From positions 128,001 through 192,000 of the forward strand of contig JAWCCZ010000002.1 in NCBI GenBank assembly GCA_038861545.1: a stretch of DNA of 64,000 nt. The letters run 5' to 3'. The notes beneath the pieces were generated by a model. That model ran no database searches, was not told where the DNA came from, and saw only the letters and a program-made list of their open reading frames with translations. Both the position numbers and the translations under genes were made by a program. This stretch comes from Thermofilaceae archaeon (GTDB taxonomy: Archaea > Thermoproteota > Thermoprotei > Thermofilales > Thermofilaceae). Shown here one piece after another: positions 1 to 11,200 of this stretch (position 1 is its first letter; each line of letters opens with the position of its first letter).

Positions 1-1
1 A

Positions 2-2668
2 GCTTATGTCATCCGGGACGAAGAAGGTAATATCTCCAAGATTGAGTCAGTGGGTAAGTTTATACAAAACAAAGGGGAAGATATGCCGATTACACTGGAG
101 AAGAATAGTGAGATACTAAATTGTCACTACTATAACTCGCTTTCAGCCGTAGCTAAAAGGCTCCTAGGTGTGGAAGTTTTATCTGTTCTACCTCCGCAGA
201 AAGCCCGTGAAGCTAACAAGATTTTTAACCAAATTTTCCATGAGTGTCCCTTAACTCTTCAACCCTATGGGTACTTCGATAAAGTTACTGGGGAGTTCGT
301 TATAACGAGCCCCGAGACGCCTACGCCATGGATAAATTACATCGGTCAGGGGGATTACGGAGGAATAGTGTCAAACACGGGTGGAGGCTACTCCTTTGAC
401 CGGGATCCCCGCAACCGTAGAGTGACGAGATACAGGTATAATGCGATTCCAGTTGATCAACCAGGGCATTACATATACATAAGGGATGAAAGTACAGGCG
501 ATTTCTGGAGTCCAACGTGGCAGCCAGTGAAGAAGGAACTTGACTGGTATGAATGTAGACATGGACCCGGCTACACGAAGATCAGTAGCTTGTATAAAGG
601 CGTTAAGGCTTCTATCCTTTACTTTGTTCCCCCGAATCCACCTTTCGGCGAATGCCCTGTTGAACTACATGTCTTGGAACTAAGGAATGAAAGTGAGAGT
701 GTTAAAAAACTTAGACTCTGGACATACGAGGAACTCTGCTACTGGGACGCGTTTATGGATCAGACAAATCTCGACTGGGCTCAACAAATAGCCTCAAGTT
801 ACGTGAAGGATGGTACCATTGTGATGGGGGTTCAATTCCGCCCTACTCGAACCTTCTTCGCGAGCAGTGAACCTCCTGACGGTTACGATACGGATCGAGA
901 AATCTTCGTAGGAACATACAACGACCTCTCCAAGCCACAAGTTGTTGTAAGTGGGATATCAAGCTACAGCCTGGCTTCACGGGGGAACAATATCGTTTCG
1001 CTGAGCCACTGTGTAGAATTAAAGCCGGGGGAGGGGAAAAGGATAGTCTACATTCTCGGGATCACAGATAATCAAAGTTTGATAGCGAAAACCGTAGAGC
1101 ATTACCGTGATTATGGGAATGTGGAGAAAGCCTTCAAAGATCTAAGGGAAAATTGGGGCGAATACCTAGGCAAGCTGCGGGTTGAAACTCCGGACGAGGA
1201 GATGAACGCTATGGTGAACTACTGGAATGCGATCCAGTGTCGCGCTAACCTATACTGGTCTAGGTTTATTTCCCTCTATGACACGGGATTAGGTAGGGGG
1301 TTCGGGACACGAGATTCAGCCCAGGATACCCTTGGCACAGCGCACGCAGAGCCCGAGCGCGTAAGAAGAGTGCTGAGAATGCTCTGGGGGTTACAGTTCA
1401 AGGATGGACATACTTGGCATCTTATTTTCCCGTTAACTGGTGAAGGTGGGCCTGGACATGCTGCCGAAATGCCGTGGAGGCCGCAATGGTTCAGTGATGA
1501 TCATCTATGGCTTGTGTACGCTACCTGTAATTATATACGCGAAACAGGTGATTTCAATTTCCTCGAAGAGAGGATACCCTACCAAGATGATAAGAGGGAA
1601 GAGACTGTTTGGGAGCATATACAGAGGGCGGTGGAGTTCACGTTAAGGAAACGTGGCTCCCACGGCTTACCTCTATTGGGTTTTGCCGATTGGGATGATA
1701 CGATGAACCTGGACCATGGCTCAGAAAGCGCTGAAAGCGTCTGGACAGGTATGTTATTCTGCAGGGTAATGCTGGATCTTGCCGATCTCTGCAAGGCCCG
1801 TGGAGACCAAACGAGTGCAACGCGATTCGAGCAACTCCACAAGGAAATGGCTGAGACAATAAACAAGGTTGCTTGGGATGGCGAATGGTATGCGAGAGCT
1901 TTTGATGATAAAGGCAGGCCTGTTGGCGTTAAGGGGGAAAAGTACCATTGGATAAACCTTATCTCCCAAGCATGGGCGGCTATCGCGGATCTTGGCGATT
2001 ACGAGAAAGCTAGGAAAGCGCTGGAAAGCGCGATAGAACATTTGAACACACCCCTAGGGTTAAGGCTAATGAGGGATGCGATTAATAGCAAGAAAACCGG
2101 GGTAGAGGAGATCGATTACGAGAGCCTAGACCGCTACGGTGGGACTGCTACTTATCCGCCTGGTCTCAAGGAGAATGGGGGTATATTCAACCACGCTAAC
2201 ACGTGGGCTATAGTGGCTGCAGCTAAGCTGGGGTTAGCTGACCTCGCTTACAGGCTTTACCGTCAGATGTTGCCCCTTACTAGGAAAGACCAGGATACAT
2301 TGAAGGCCGAGCCCTACGTTTACTCTCAGAACTTAGCTGCCCCTGAACACCCGCAATATGGGTTAGCGCGAAATTCCTGGCTTACAGGAACTGCTTCCTG
2401 GATATACGTTGCCGCCACGCAATGGATCTTAGGTATTAGGCCGACGTTCAACGGTTTAAAAGTAGCACCATGCATCCCCGAAAGCTGGAACGGTTTTAAA
2501 GCTGTGCGGATTTTCCGCGGCTTAACCTATCAGATCATCGTTAAGAGGGTAGGTAAGGGAAATAAGGTTTCACTGAAAATTGACGGTAAACCGATCTCTG
2601 GCGATATTATACCTCTTCCACCTAAGGGAGTAAATGTGGTTAACGTTGAAGCAGATATCGGGGAATAA
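2..2668 (+). CDS. GH94 glycoside phosphorylase (cellobiose/chitobiose phosphorylase family), 5'-partial with N-terminal extension
   Basis: YGYFD..EFVIT..TPTPWINY start of the GH94 domain, RDSAQD, catalytic DWDD, ENGGIFNH, SWLTGTASW. The frame is open from nt 2 (AYVIRDEEGNISKIES), so the true start may lie upstream of the window. Confidence 0.93.
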   Translation, partial: AYVIRDEEGNISKIESVGKFIQNKGEDMPITLEKNSEILNCHYYNSLSAVAKRLLGVEVLSVLPPQKAREANKIFNQIFHECPLTLQPYGYFDKVTGEFVITSPETPTPWINYIGQGDYGGIVSNTGGGYSFDRDPRNRRVTRYRYNAIPVDQPGHYIYIRDESTGDFWSPTWQPVKKELDWYECRHGPGYTKISSLYKGVKASILYFVPPNPPFGECPVELHVLELRNESESVKKLRLWTYEELCYWDAFMDQTNLDWAQQIASSYVKDGTIVMGVQFRPTRTFFASSEPPDGYDTDREIFVGTYNDLSKPQVVVSGISSYSLASRGNNIVSLSHCVELKPGEGKRIVYILGITDNQSLIAKTVEHYRDYGNVEKAFKDLRENWGEYLGKLRVETPDEEMNAMVNYWNAIQCRANLYWSRFISLYDTGLGRGFGTRDSAQDTLGTAHAEPERVRRVLRMLWGLQFKDGHTWHLIFPLTGEGGPGHAAEMPWRPQWFSDDHLWLVYATCNYIRETGDFNFLEERIPYQDDKREETVWEHIQRAVEFTLRKRGSHGLPLLGFADWDDTMNLDHGSESAESVWTGMLFCRVMLDLADLCKARGDQTSATRFEQLHKEMAETINKVAWDGEWYARAFDDKGRPVGVKGEKYHWINLISQAWAAIADLGDYEKARKALESAIEHLNTPLGLRLMRDAINSKKTGVEEIDYESLDRYGGTATYPPGLKENGGIFNHANTWAIVAAAKLGLADLAYRLYRQMLPLTRKDQDTLKAEPYVYSQNLAAPEHPQYGLARNSWLTGTASWIYVAATQWILGIRPTFNGLKVAPCIPESWNGFKAVRIFRGLTYQIIVKRVGKGNKVSLKIDGKPISGDIIPLPPKGVNVVNVEADIGE

Positions 2669-2903
2669 CTACAGCTGCTTACTACGCGGTTTGGCAGGCA
2701 TCAACCATTAAACTTCCATTTATTTTACGCAGTTTAGGGGAGGCTAAACCACATAAATTTACTACACAGTTCCTACCCATTGCTATAAATAATATGAACT
2801 CAAGCTGAGGTGTGCCGGCATACTATAATTATTGTGAAGCTATGATATTACCTAGGTCAGAGCCTGCAGCGTAATTCATTTTAGTGAATAAAAGAGAAAG
2901 TGT

Positions 2904-3647
2904 ATGAGTTGTATGGAGGAGTTTGTTAGGGTGCCGAGTGCTGGTTTTGAGCTTGCTGGTGTTCTGCATTTGCCTGTTAATGTTTTTAAGCCGAAGCCTA
3001 TTCTCTTTCTACACGGTTTTACGGGTAGTAAAAGCGAAGCTGGAAGATTATACACTGATATGGCTAGATTCCTATGCATAAACGGCTACGCAGCACTAAG
3101 ATTCGACTTCCGCTGCCACGGAGACTCACCACTACCCTTCGAAGAATATAGAATCAGGTACGGGGTGGAGGACGCATTAAACGCTGCTAGTTATCTAAAA
3201 AGCTTAACTCGAGTAGATGCTACCCGTTTCGCTGTGGTCGGTCTTAGCATGGGGGCTGGCATAGCTGTCAGTTTAGCGTCGAATAGGGATGACGTAGCCG
3301 CTCTCATCCTCTTATCTGGTGGATACGGGCTTAGGGGTAGACCCCCTATTGGTATGGAAAAGGACGGATACTTTTACTTAGGAGCTTTAAGGAGAAAAGC
3401 TGAATGTGTAAGAGAGGATGCAGATTTCTCAGTTATGGAGCTGGCTGAACGGGTGAGAGCCCCCACACTTGTAATTCATTCTGTAGATGATGAAGTAGCC
3501 CCGATTAGCAGGGCAAAGGAATTTTATGAGAAGCTTACAGGAGAGAAGAAGTTTGTTGAAGTGCGTGGAGGCCACGTATTCAACGACTACCACGTTAGAA
3601 GACAAGTAGAAAGTGAAGTTCTAGCTTGGCTTAGAGAGTATTTCTAA
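2904..3647 (+). CDS. alpha/beta hydrolase (esterase/peptidase, S9-like)
   Basis: LHGFTG oxyanion motif, GLSMG nucleophile elbow, D..V and GGH catalytic residues. Confidence 0.9.
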   Translation: MSCMEEFVRVPSAGFELAGVLHLPVNVFKPKPILFLHGFTGSKSEAGRLYTDMARFLCINGYAALRFDFRCHGDSPLPFEEYRIRYGVEDALNAASYLKSLTRVDATRFAVVGLSMGAGIAVSLASNRDDVAALILLSGGYGLRGRPPIGMEKDGYFYLGALRRKAECVREDADFSVMELAERVRAPTLVIHSVDDEVAPISRAKEFYEKLTGEKKFVEVRGGHVFNDYHVRRQVESEVLAWLREYF

Positions 3648-3722
3648 AGACATGAATGACCCTCTATGAATATAACAGAGTATAGCCGTTTTTATAAGAC
3701 TTTGACGAGTATAGGTTTTAAT

Positions 3723-3737
3723 AAAGTAACTTTATAT
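3723..3737 (+). promoter_or_regulatory. archaeal BRE/TATA promoter (AAAGTAAC-TTTATAT), probably for a leaderless mRNA
   Basis: Purine-rich BRE immediately followed by TTTATAT, about 24 nt before the GTG at 3761. Confidence 0.55.
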
Positions 3738-3760
3738 TGATCTGAGATAACGATTAATCG

Positions 3761-4558
3761 GTGGCTACGTCAAGAGCTTCACTAAAAAGGAGGTTCCTAG
3801 ATTTACTTAAAGTAGATGAGGAATTTAGGTTAGCTGTAGCCGGCCTCATCGGCCTTGAAGAGATCCTTAAGAACCTTAACGTAACTCAGCAAGAGCTCGC
3901 TAAGCTAAGAGAGGATATGGTTAAAGGGTTTGAACGACATGATCAAGAGCTTGCTAAACTGAGAGAAGATATGATTGCTGGATTCAAGCGACATGACGAA
4001 GAATTTGCAAAAGTCTGGAGTGAGCTCGCTAAGCTAAGAGAGGATATGGTTAAAGGGTTTGAACGACATGATCAAGAGCTTGCTAAACTGAGAGAAGATA
4101 TGATTGCTGGATTCAAGCGACATGACGAAGAATTAACTAAACTAAGGGAAGACATGACTAAAGGGTTCGAAATAATTGATAGACGCATTTCTTCTCTTGG
4201 AGCTAGATGGGGTATCATGAGTGAGACCTCTTTCAGGCAAGGGTTGAAAGAAGTGCTAGAGAGGAATTTTAACGTTAAAGTTGAAAGGTGGAGGGAATTC
4301 GATGATGAGGGGTATGTTTTCAAGAGACCTAGCGAAGTAGAGATCGATATAGCGGTTAGCAATGGACAGATTATACTTATCGAAATCTCATCACATGTAA
4401 GAAAATCTGATGTTTATGTATTTAAGAATAAATGTGAGTTTTTTATGAAAAAGACTGGCAAAACCCCTTCTAAGCTCATAATAATTACGCCCTACGCAGA
4501 GAATGATGCAGTAAGCGCGGCCAAAGAGCTTGGCATTGAGATTTACACTTCCACATAA
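3761..4558 (+). CDS. coiled-coil repeat protein with C-terminal PD-(D/E)XK nuclease-like domain (DUF3782-type)
   Basis: N-terminal FLDLLKVDEEFRLAVAGLIG, repeated ELAKLREDM..GF.RHD, LGARWG..SE..FR, and a D..G.V...EIDI....LIEISS nuclease-like motif. Confidence 0.85.
   Translation: MATSRASLKRRFLDLLKVDEEFRLAVAGLIGLEEILKNLNVTQQELAKLREDMVKGFERHDQELAKLREDMIAGFKRHDEEFAKVWSELAKLREDMVKGFERHDQELAKLREDMIAGFKRHDEELTKLREDMTKGFEIIDRRISSLGARWGIMSETSFRQGLKEVLERNFNVKVERWREFDDEGYVFKRPSEVEIDIAVSNGQIILIEISSHVRKSDVYVFKNKCEFFMKKTGKTPSKLIIITPYAENDAVSAAKELGIEIYTST
3893..4134 (+). repeat. perfect 113-bp intragenic direct repeat (3893-4005 = 4022-4134), period 129 bp
   Basis: Identical nucleotide blocks GAGCTCGCTAAG...GACGAAGAATT, built on an 18-aa (54-bp) unit. 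Confidence 0.95.
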
Positions 4559-4715
4559 AGCCCATACCTGCTTATCTGATATAGTGAGTATATTATGCCG
4601 ACCTAGTAAAGAAAAGTTTCGGATAACTCGCCTAAAAAACTCTCGTGAGCGTGGTTGAATTCCAATAGAAAACTGGTATTCATATTTCTAAAGTAAAACT
4701 GTAAAGTAAGATACT

Positions 4716-5567
4716 CTAGTATGTTCCTAAACCGCCTGTACGTTTCATCCGATTCTCAACCTTCCTAAGCATAAACAACCCTAAAGCAAGCATAATCGCA
4801 GTTTGAGCGAGTAACAGAAGCCATTCGAATACTAATGGTATCAACGGCTCTGTTTTCAGTGCGTGATGCCTAACAAGGTCGGCAACATAAGTGAAGGGTA
4901 ACGTATACGAGATTAAACGAAGCGGGTTAGGGAGCGCCGTGACCGGGACGAAGACCCCGCAAATCCCTAGTAGTATAAATTGGATTATATTGTTTAAGGG
5001 ACCAACATTCTTGAAGCGAAGCACAAGCGATCCGTAAATTAAACCGAAACCTAGAGCGGCCACTAAACCGGTAACTAGACTGACTAGTACACCGAGGGGA
5101 TTGAAAAGTATTAACTCTACTTTGAAAATCGTTATAAAAAACGCATACATATAGAAAACGCCCATGAACATCGTCAACGTTCTAACACATAAGCCTCCCG
5201 AGAAGAGTATCGCTCTGCTAGCATTCGTAGTGAAAAGGACTTCTAGCGTTCCGGTCTGCTGCTCTCTCCGTATGGCCATTCCGAAGCTCCATATGCCCGA
5301 GCTGACTACATCCCAGAGAACCATCGCCCAGAACATCACATTCAAAACTGTGGGATCTTGCCACCGCTCTCGCGGAATGAACATTAATATTGGGACTATG
5401 AATAGGATGAGCCAAGCTGGGGTTGTAACTATATCGGCGATAACCCATGCAGGGTACCTAAAGTAGTTTCTAAACCATATTTCTACAACTCCTCTAAGCT
5501 CTGCAAGAGTTGCTTTAAAACCCAGTAAGGACTTAGTATTTGGACAGCTCGCCTTTCTTTCTTGCAT
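4716..5567 (-). CDS. ABC-2 type transporter permease
   Basis: About six TM segments, REQQTGTLE motif, GVFVPVTALP. Confidence 0.9.
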   Translation of the reverse strand: MQERKASCPNTKSLLGFKATLAELRGVVEIWFRNYFRYPAWVIADIVTTPAWLILFIVPILMFIPRERWQDPTVLNVMFWAMVLWDVVSSGIWSFGMAIRREQQTGTLEVLFTTNASRAILFSGGLCVRTLTMFMGVFYMYAFFITIFKVELILFNPLGVLVSLVTGLVAALGFGLIYGSLVLRFKNVGPLNNIIQFILLGICGVFVPVTALPNPLRLISYTLPFTYVADLVRHHALKTEPLIPLVFEWLLLLAQTAIMLALGLFMLRKVENRMKRTGGLGTY

Positions 5568-6381
5568 CGTCCTCCCACCTAGAGTAGAATACCTTACCCA
5601 AAGCTAAATAGCCTAGTGCCAGAACACCCATTAATGTTAACCTCTCAGCTAGAGGCAGTTGAGTATGCATCCCTGAAACGATCTTCTTTAACAGTTCAGA
5701 TGCATGGGAAGTTGGAACAACCTGAGCTACGAGTTGAACAACTCTCGGAAAAACTTCTAGAGGGTAGTAGAAGCCTGAAAGCATAGCAATAAACGAGCTT
5801 ACAATGTTTGCAACCGCCCATACCTCTTTGAAACGCACTGTCAGCGCGGCTACTACAAGCCCAAGGCCCGCTAGCGGCAGTATCCCCAGCGACACAATTA
5901 TAAAAGCCAGTAACCACTCATAAGGATTTAGAAGAGAGCCTGCAACTGCGATAACAAGGGATACGTTAACAGCGAAGACTCCAAGGAAGAGAAGGGAACT
6001 TGCAACAGCATGGAAGAACCATAGAAGTATTGTATTATTCGGGGTTAGGTAGTGAAGCTCAAAGGTGCCAATCAGCTGTTCCTCTCTGATGATCCCGGAA
6101 GTGTTCTCGATAAGGAACATACTGATCATCATAAGAGTTCCTCCAAGCGTCAAATACAATAAGGGGTTTTCCACCCCAGTGTTCATGTAGAAGTTCCTAG
6201 CTGCCGCTTCTCCACCTACTGTGTATCCTACACCTATGAAGAAGCCGCTAAGCATGTAGGGAAGCGATATAACGATCACTAGCGTGCCAATGTACCTGGA
6301 CATAATTTTCATCTCCTTTACGATTACCCCTGTCAGCGAGGTTATCACAGGATACTTAACTAGACGCTTCAAGGCGCTCAC
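5533..6381 (-). CDS. ABC-2 type transporter permease
   Basis: TM helices, EEQLIGTFE, SGFYYPLEVFP. Confidence 0.9.
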   Translation of the reverse strand: MSALKRLVKYPVITSLTGVIVKEMKIMSRYIGTLVIVISLPYMLSGFFIGVGYTVGGEAAARNFYMNTGVENPLLYLTLGGTLMMISMFLIENTSGIIREEQLIGTFELHYLTPNNTILLWFFHAVASSLLFLGVFAVNVSLVIAVAGSLLNPYEWLLAFIIVSLGILPLAGLGLVVAALTVRFKEVWAVANIVSSFIAMLSGFYYPLEVFPRVVQLVAQVVPTSHASELLKKIVSGMHTQLPLAERLTLMGVLALGYLALGKVFYSRWEDDARKKGELSKY

Positions 6382-7402
6382 CAGTCATAGCTACAAAGAC
6401 ATCCTCCAGCGTAGGCTCCAAGCTTTTAATACTGATAATCCTTCCCCGGCTCGACAGCAACATTTCTAATATCTCCTTTAAGATGAAATCACCGTCATAG
6501 ACGACTTTCAGCTCAGCTAAACCGGAAGCCGGATCCCGTATCCGTGCAGCCGCGCCGATAACTCCCTGCCTCTGTTTAACCGCTTTCAGTGAACTCTCAT
6601 CAAAGCCTATAAGCTCTACTTCAATCACTTTATGTTCAGAGACCTTTGATTTTAGTTCGCTTGGAGTCCCAATAGCAATAATTCTCCCTTTACTAATTAT
6701 GGCTACTCTATCGCATAGGAGTTCGGCTTCGTACATGTTGTGAGTCGTTAGAAGTATTGTTTTCCCCTCTTTCCTTAACTCCATTATTACCTCACGCACC
6801 TTCCGCGCAGCTGTTGGATCCAGACCAATAGTAGGCTCGTCGAGAAACAGCACTGGGGGATCTTGTAGCAATGCCCTAGCTACATTAAGCTTAGACTTCA
6901 TCCCAGTACTGTACTCCTCAACTAAGCGGTCAGCGTCAGCCTCTAAGTCCAGCAACTTAAGCAGGTAGTCTATACGGCTTTTAGCGTAGCCCCTTTCCAG
7001 ATGGTACAGCCTAGCAAAGTACATTAAATTCTCGCGCCCACTTAACTTCCAGTAGAAGCCTCTGTCGCTGTACAGGCTTACGCCGATGCTCTCGCGAACC
7101 TTATTAGCCTCATTTACAATATGATACCCATTAACCCAAGCTTCCCCAGAATCCGGAAGCAGCAACGTGCTCAAAATTTTAATTGTAGTCGTCTTACCTG
7201 CGCCATTAGGTCCCAGAAGCCCGAAAACTTCACTTCTCCTCACCTCGAAGGAAATACTTTTTAACGCTTCAACAACCCTTTTCTTACCCCTAAAGAGAAG
7301 CCCTCCCTCTCTCGTGTAAAAAATTTTACTGATGTCCTCAACTAGAATCGCTGAAGACATACTAACCACCACTTTAGGCTGCTCCGATAACCTTAACGTC
7401 AT
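6356..7402 (-). CDS. ABC exporter ATP-binding protein (NodI/DrrA-like)
   Basis: GPNGAGKTT, YSTGM signature, LFLDEPT, H-loop, C-terminal EPTLEDVF. True start possibly the ATG near 7360. Confidence 0.93.
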   Translation of the reverse strand: MTLRLSEQPKVVVSMSSAILVEDISKIFYTREGGLLFRGKKRVVEALKSISFEVRRSEVFGLLGPNGAGKTTTIKILSTLLLPDSGEAWVNGYHIVNEANKVRESIGVSLYSDRGFYWKLSGRENLMYFARLYHLERGYAKSRIDYLLKLLDLEADADRLVEEYSTGMKSKLNVARALLQDPPVLFLDEPTIGLDPTAARKVREVIMELRKEGKTILLTTHNMYEAELLCDRVAIISKGRIIAIGTPSELKSKVSEHKVIEVELIGFDESSLKAVKQRQGVIGAAARIRDPASGLAELKVVYDGDFILKEILEMLLSSRGRIISIKSLEPTLEDVFVAMTGERLEASS

Positions 7403-7444
7403 ATTTCTTTCTTGCGCAGGAATTCTGAGAAACCCTTATATAGC

Positions 7445-8176
7445 ATGCTAGCCGCTTCATTCGTGTGTCTAGAGTGGCTCTCCTCCGATGAACCACTGAT
7501 CCAACCTGGTATTTTTGCCTTCGAGGAAGCTAAAAATGCACGCCTTGGCTTGATCGTTTTTATGAAAAAGCTTACTGTAGAATGCTTAAGATAGCTTCAG
7601 CGAATGTGCTGACAAGTAAAGGGGAGAAAGGCCTTCACAGGGGTTTCTTTGTCACGAACAATGGTTTAGCTGTGTTTTTATCCTACTTTGGAGCTCCAGC
7701 TGCTGCTATGCTGGCTGAAGCATTAATTGCATCCGGGGTTAAGCGCTTGATAGCGTTCGGCGAAACGGGCTCTCTGAGTCCCGAACTTCAACCTGGCTAC
7801 GTCCTCCTCCCAACACATGCGATTAGAGAAGAGGGGACAAGTTACCATTATTTACCAGCTGATTGTGAAGCTAAAGCCTCCCGTAAACTGTTCATTAAGC
7901 TTAAAGCGTTACTCCGCGACGCTGAGATTCAGTACAAGGCTGGTGGAGTCTGGACAACAGAAGTTCTCTTCAAGCGGTGTACTTGGAGTGGAGATGGAAT
8001 GCTCAGCTCTGTTCTCAGTTGCTAAATATAGAAAAGTAAGCTCTGCGGCTCTACTTGTGGTAAGTGATACCTTATATGAGGGTGTTTGGAAACAGTATTT
8101 TGAAGACCCCGTTTTCTTAAGAACACTGGATAAGGTTTCCGAGCTACTACTTAGAAAGTGGCAAGTGCTTCTATAG
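7445..8176 (+). pseudogene. nucleoside (purine/uridine) phosphorylase, disrupted
   Basis: PNP/UDP motifs split across frames: DEPLIQPG (7412 ORF); GAPAAA..E.LI..G, GETGSL, REEGTSYHY, GGVWTT (7582 ORF); GVEMECSALF (7817 ORF). The usual D..FRET segment is missing. Confidence 0.85.
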
Positions 8177-8231
8177 GAATAGAGCAGGATTACATAGTTA
8201 GGAAGAAAAGTAAAAAATATTACAATAAAAA

Positions 8232-11200
8232 CTAATTCTTCAGTGAAGGAGGGGGAACTTTTCGCCTTGATCTAGCTTTAACCCTTAAACCGGTTACAAT
8301 GATCAGAAGAACAGCTATAACTAGTCCAGCTAAAATTAGTAAGAGAGTTGTGTAATTAGGCTTAAACTGTGCTACAACCCTCTTATTGCTGTCCATAATA
8401 ATCTTCGATACCGAGTTTGTTGAAAGAATATCGCCGGACCACCCGGTGAACTCGTAGTAACCCCCCAGTATTCCTAGGATACCGCTCATCTCAACTTTTG
8501 TTGGCGTAACACTGAAAGTCGCGGTTTGGTTAACAAGATACCAGCCAGCCCCCTCTGTTTTACCGTAAGGAGACTCGACGTCTAAGCGAACATAAGCGCC
8601 AACCTTGAACCTACCCGATAAGCCTTCACTACTGTAAAAGCCGTCAGAGACAATCACTTTAACTACGTAGCTCTCAGAGCCCTCGTATGGTGTCGGATCC
8701 CATTTAATTGAAGATGTAGTGATATCCCCAGCAAGGGGTATCCATGTTTCTCCACCGTCAGAGCTTACAAGAACAGTGTAGTACAAGAGGTCGCCGTCGG
8801 CATCTTTCCCCTCCCATGTTATGAGGAAAGCCCCAGTAACGTTGGATACTATGTCGCCTGCTTTTGGCGATGTAACACTTACTTGTGGTCTACTGGATGA
8901 GGCGCTTCTTGCCGCTAGAACTTTCCCTGAAGGATTTCTAAGCTCAATTGAGTGTATTTCTTCACTGAAAGCCGCATAGAACATGAAACCATACATATCT
9001 GTGTACATTTCGCCGGCGAATGAGACGTTTAACCCGTACCTAGCTAGTTCTTTGCCTTTAGAGTCTAGTAAAACCACTGAGTAATTTCCGATTAAACCCG
9101 GGGTTGCTATCCTGTCCGAGACACGTGTTCTAAATGGATCAAGGCGCCCGCTCCCGTTCCTGTAAATTGTACCGCTGATGCGTATAGCTTCCGGGTCAGC
9201 GCCACTTGGGTTAAACCAGCCGGTAATCAACCGCTCATACATTCCTGCCTGGATCCACCATGGAGCACCACCACAGGCTGACATTATGTAGCAACGCCCC
9301 TTATTGATTTGCTCACCTTTATTAACCCAGTAGCCCGCAGGACACTGATTTGCCGTTGGGCATGAGTAATCGTCGTAGTACATTGGCCCTAAAACGTGGT
9401 ACATCTCATGAGAGAGGGCAGAATAGCAAGAGCCTATGTCTACGTAAGCAGCCATTGGTCGAGAAGCTCCCCATGTACATCCGCCTCCACCTATAACCCT
9501 AAATGCTATAGTGAAATCGTAGCCTGCATCATCAGCGATTTTCCCAATCCCATTATCCCCGTAAAGGAAGCTCCAAGCCGCGTTACCAGCGCATTCACAC
9601 CAACTTCTACAAGCATCATTGCAAGGTGTATTGCAATCGCATGGACAGTATGATCTCATAAAAGCTGTATACTGTGCAGAACAAGTACCGTATAAACCTC
9701 TAATCATAATCGACGGATACACATTGTAGAGTATAGCTGCCTCCGCTGTAGGGTATATTGCTTGTAAAAACTCTATTTGAGTTTTAATTGCTGGAAGCAC
9801 TACATCGCGTATATAGGTGGATCTTGAAGTATATGTGCCCATTCCCCTGCTCAGTTCTGTACTATTTTCAGCCCAAGGGAAAAAGAGAATCTTAATTTTC
9901 TTAGTTGCTACAACTTCTTGAGATGAACTGTAGACATTATTGTCCTCGTTAACCTCTCTTACAGTGTTAAGTAAATCTGCTTGAACGTTGAAAGATGCTC
10001 TTGTAACCCTTCCAGTTGAAGGTCTAGGCATAGATAACGGATAAGGGGCAGTATAGTAAAGCCCTGCTGGCCATATACCACCTACCATGTATAGTATACG
10101 GCCAGTTGCAGTGAAATTGGATAGGTTAGCTGGAACATACACGATGGAGCTGCTTACACACTTTCTAATTCTATCATCAACCGTAAACCTTTTCGGTATT
10201 ATTGCTGTAGCTGTAGCGGATTTCGTTGTAGATCCTGCGTACTCGGGGTATTCCCATGTCCATTCGGTATTAGGTAGGTAGAGTGCTACATGAATGGGTA
10301 CATTATTTGCTAAAACTGGACACCTATTACACTCTATACTAACACCAACCTTAAAGATTGTCGACTTACCTGCAACTAGTTTATTAAATCCTTCAATCAC
10401 TTGTACAGGAGTAGCGTTTATTTTCACGTCAGCTGCTATACCCTTCAACGTTACATTCAGCTTCTTTGTAACTCCTGTAAGTCCAGCAGAGAACACATAT
10501 ATTGCCCGTCTCATCTCTTTTTCTTCTAGTAAGTGAGGGTAGTAGTTCGCATCGACGTTTAAGGAGATTATAACTGTTAGGGGGTTCTCTCCAACGTAAC
10601 CGGCAGCGGGGTTTATCGATATGTCAACACCAGCGTACACAAGGTCGAAACCGGGTAGGTTTGTCGTTCTAATCTCAAACCATTTATCTCCTACACCTGA
10701 AATCCTCCTAACAGTAACTTCGTAGATGGAATTCACAAGCCGGCTTTGGCTTCGGTTAAAAACGAGTTCATCTAAAAACACGTACGCTCTGAATTCGTCT
10801 CTTAGCTCGGTTAAACATCTTAAGGTCACTTCATACTTCCAAGGGAGCTCATAAATAGTTAAAAGGTACTGCCTAGAGGTAGAAAACCCTTTTTGATCGT
10901 GCACTGTCACCGTGATAAGGCGGTTTCCGTGGCTACCAATGGGCGGTGTCCCATATAGCTCAATACGATCAGTTCGTCCATGAGATAAACGCCACGCTAT
11001 ACCTGTAACCTCAGTCTCTAAGCCTGTAACAGTCCAGGTATAAGGTTCAGTGCCGCCAGAAACTGTTATGTAAGCTAAGTAAGAGGAGTTCTCGGTAGCT
11101 GCAGCAATTGTCTGAGGCTGTAAGTTAAGTCGGACACGGACTACAGTCAACGTGTATTCCTTAAAGATGACTAACGGTTTAGGTTGACCGAGATAGGTTT

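Noticed and set aside
3893-4134. Repeat considered as a CRISPR array
   Set aside because: In-frame coding duplication with no unique spacers and no cas genes.
4568-4584. CTGCTTATCT.A.ATAG after two stop codons (also near 23725)
   Set aside because: Only two imperfect copies, within chance expectation.
7940-8025. Programmed frameshift in the nucleoside phosphorylase
   Set aside because: A conserved segment is missing and a second lesion exists; no slippery heptamer was seen.
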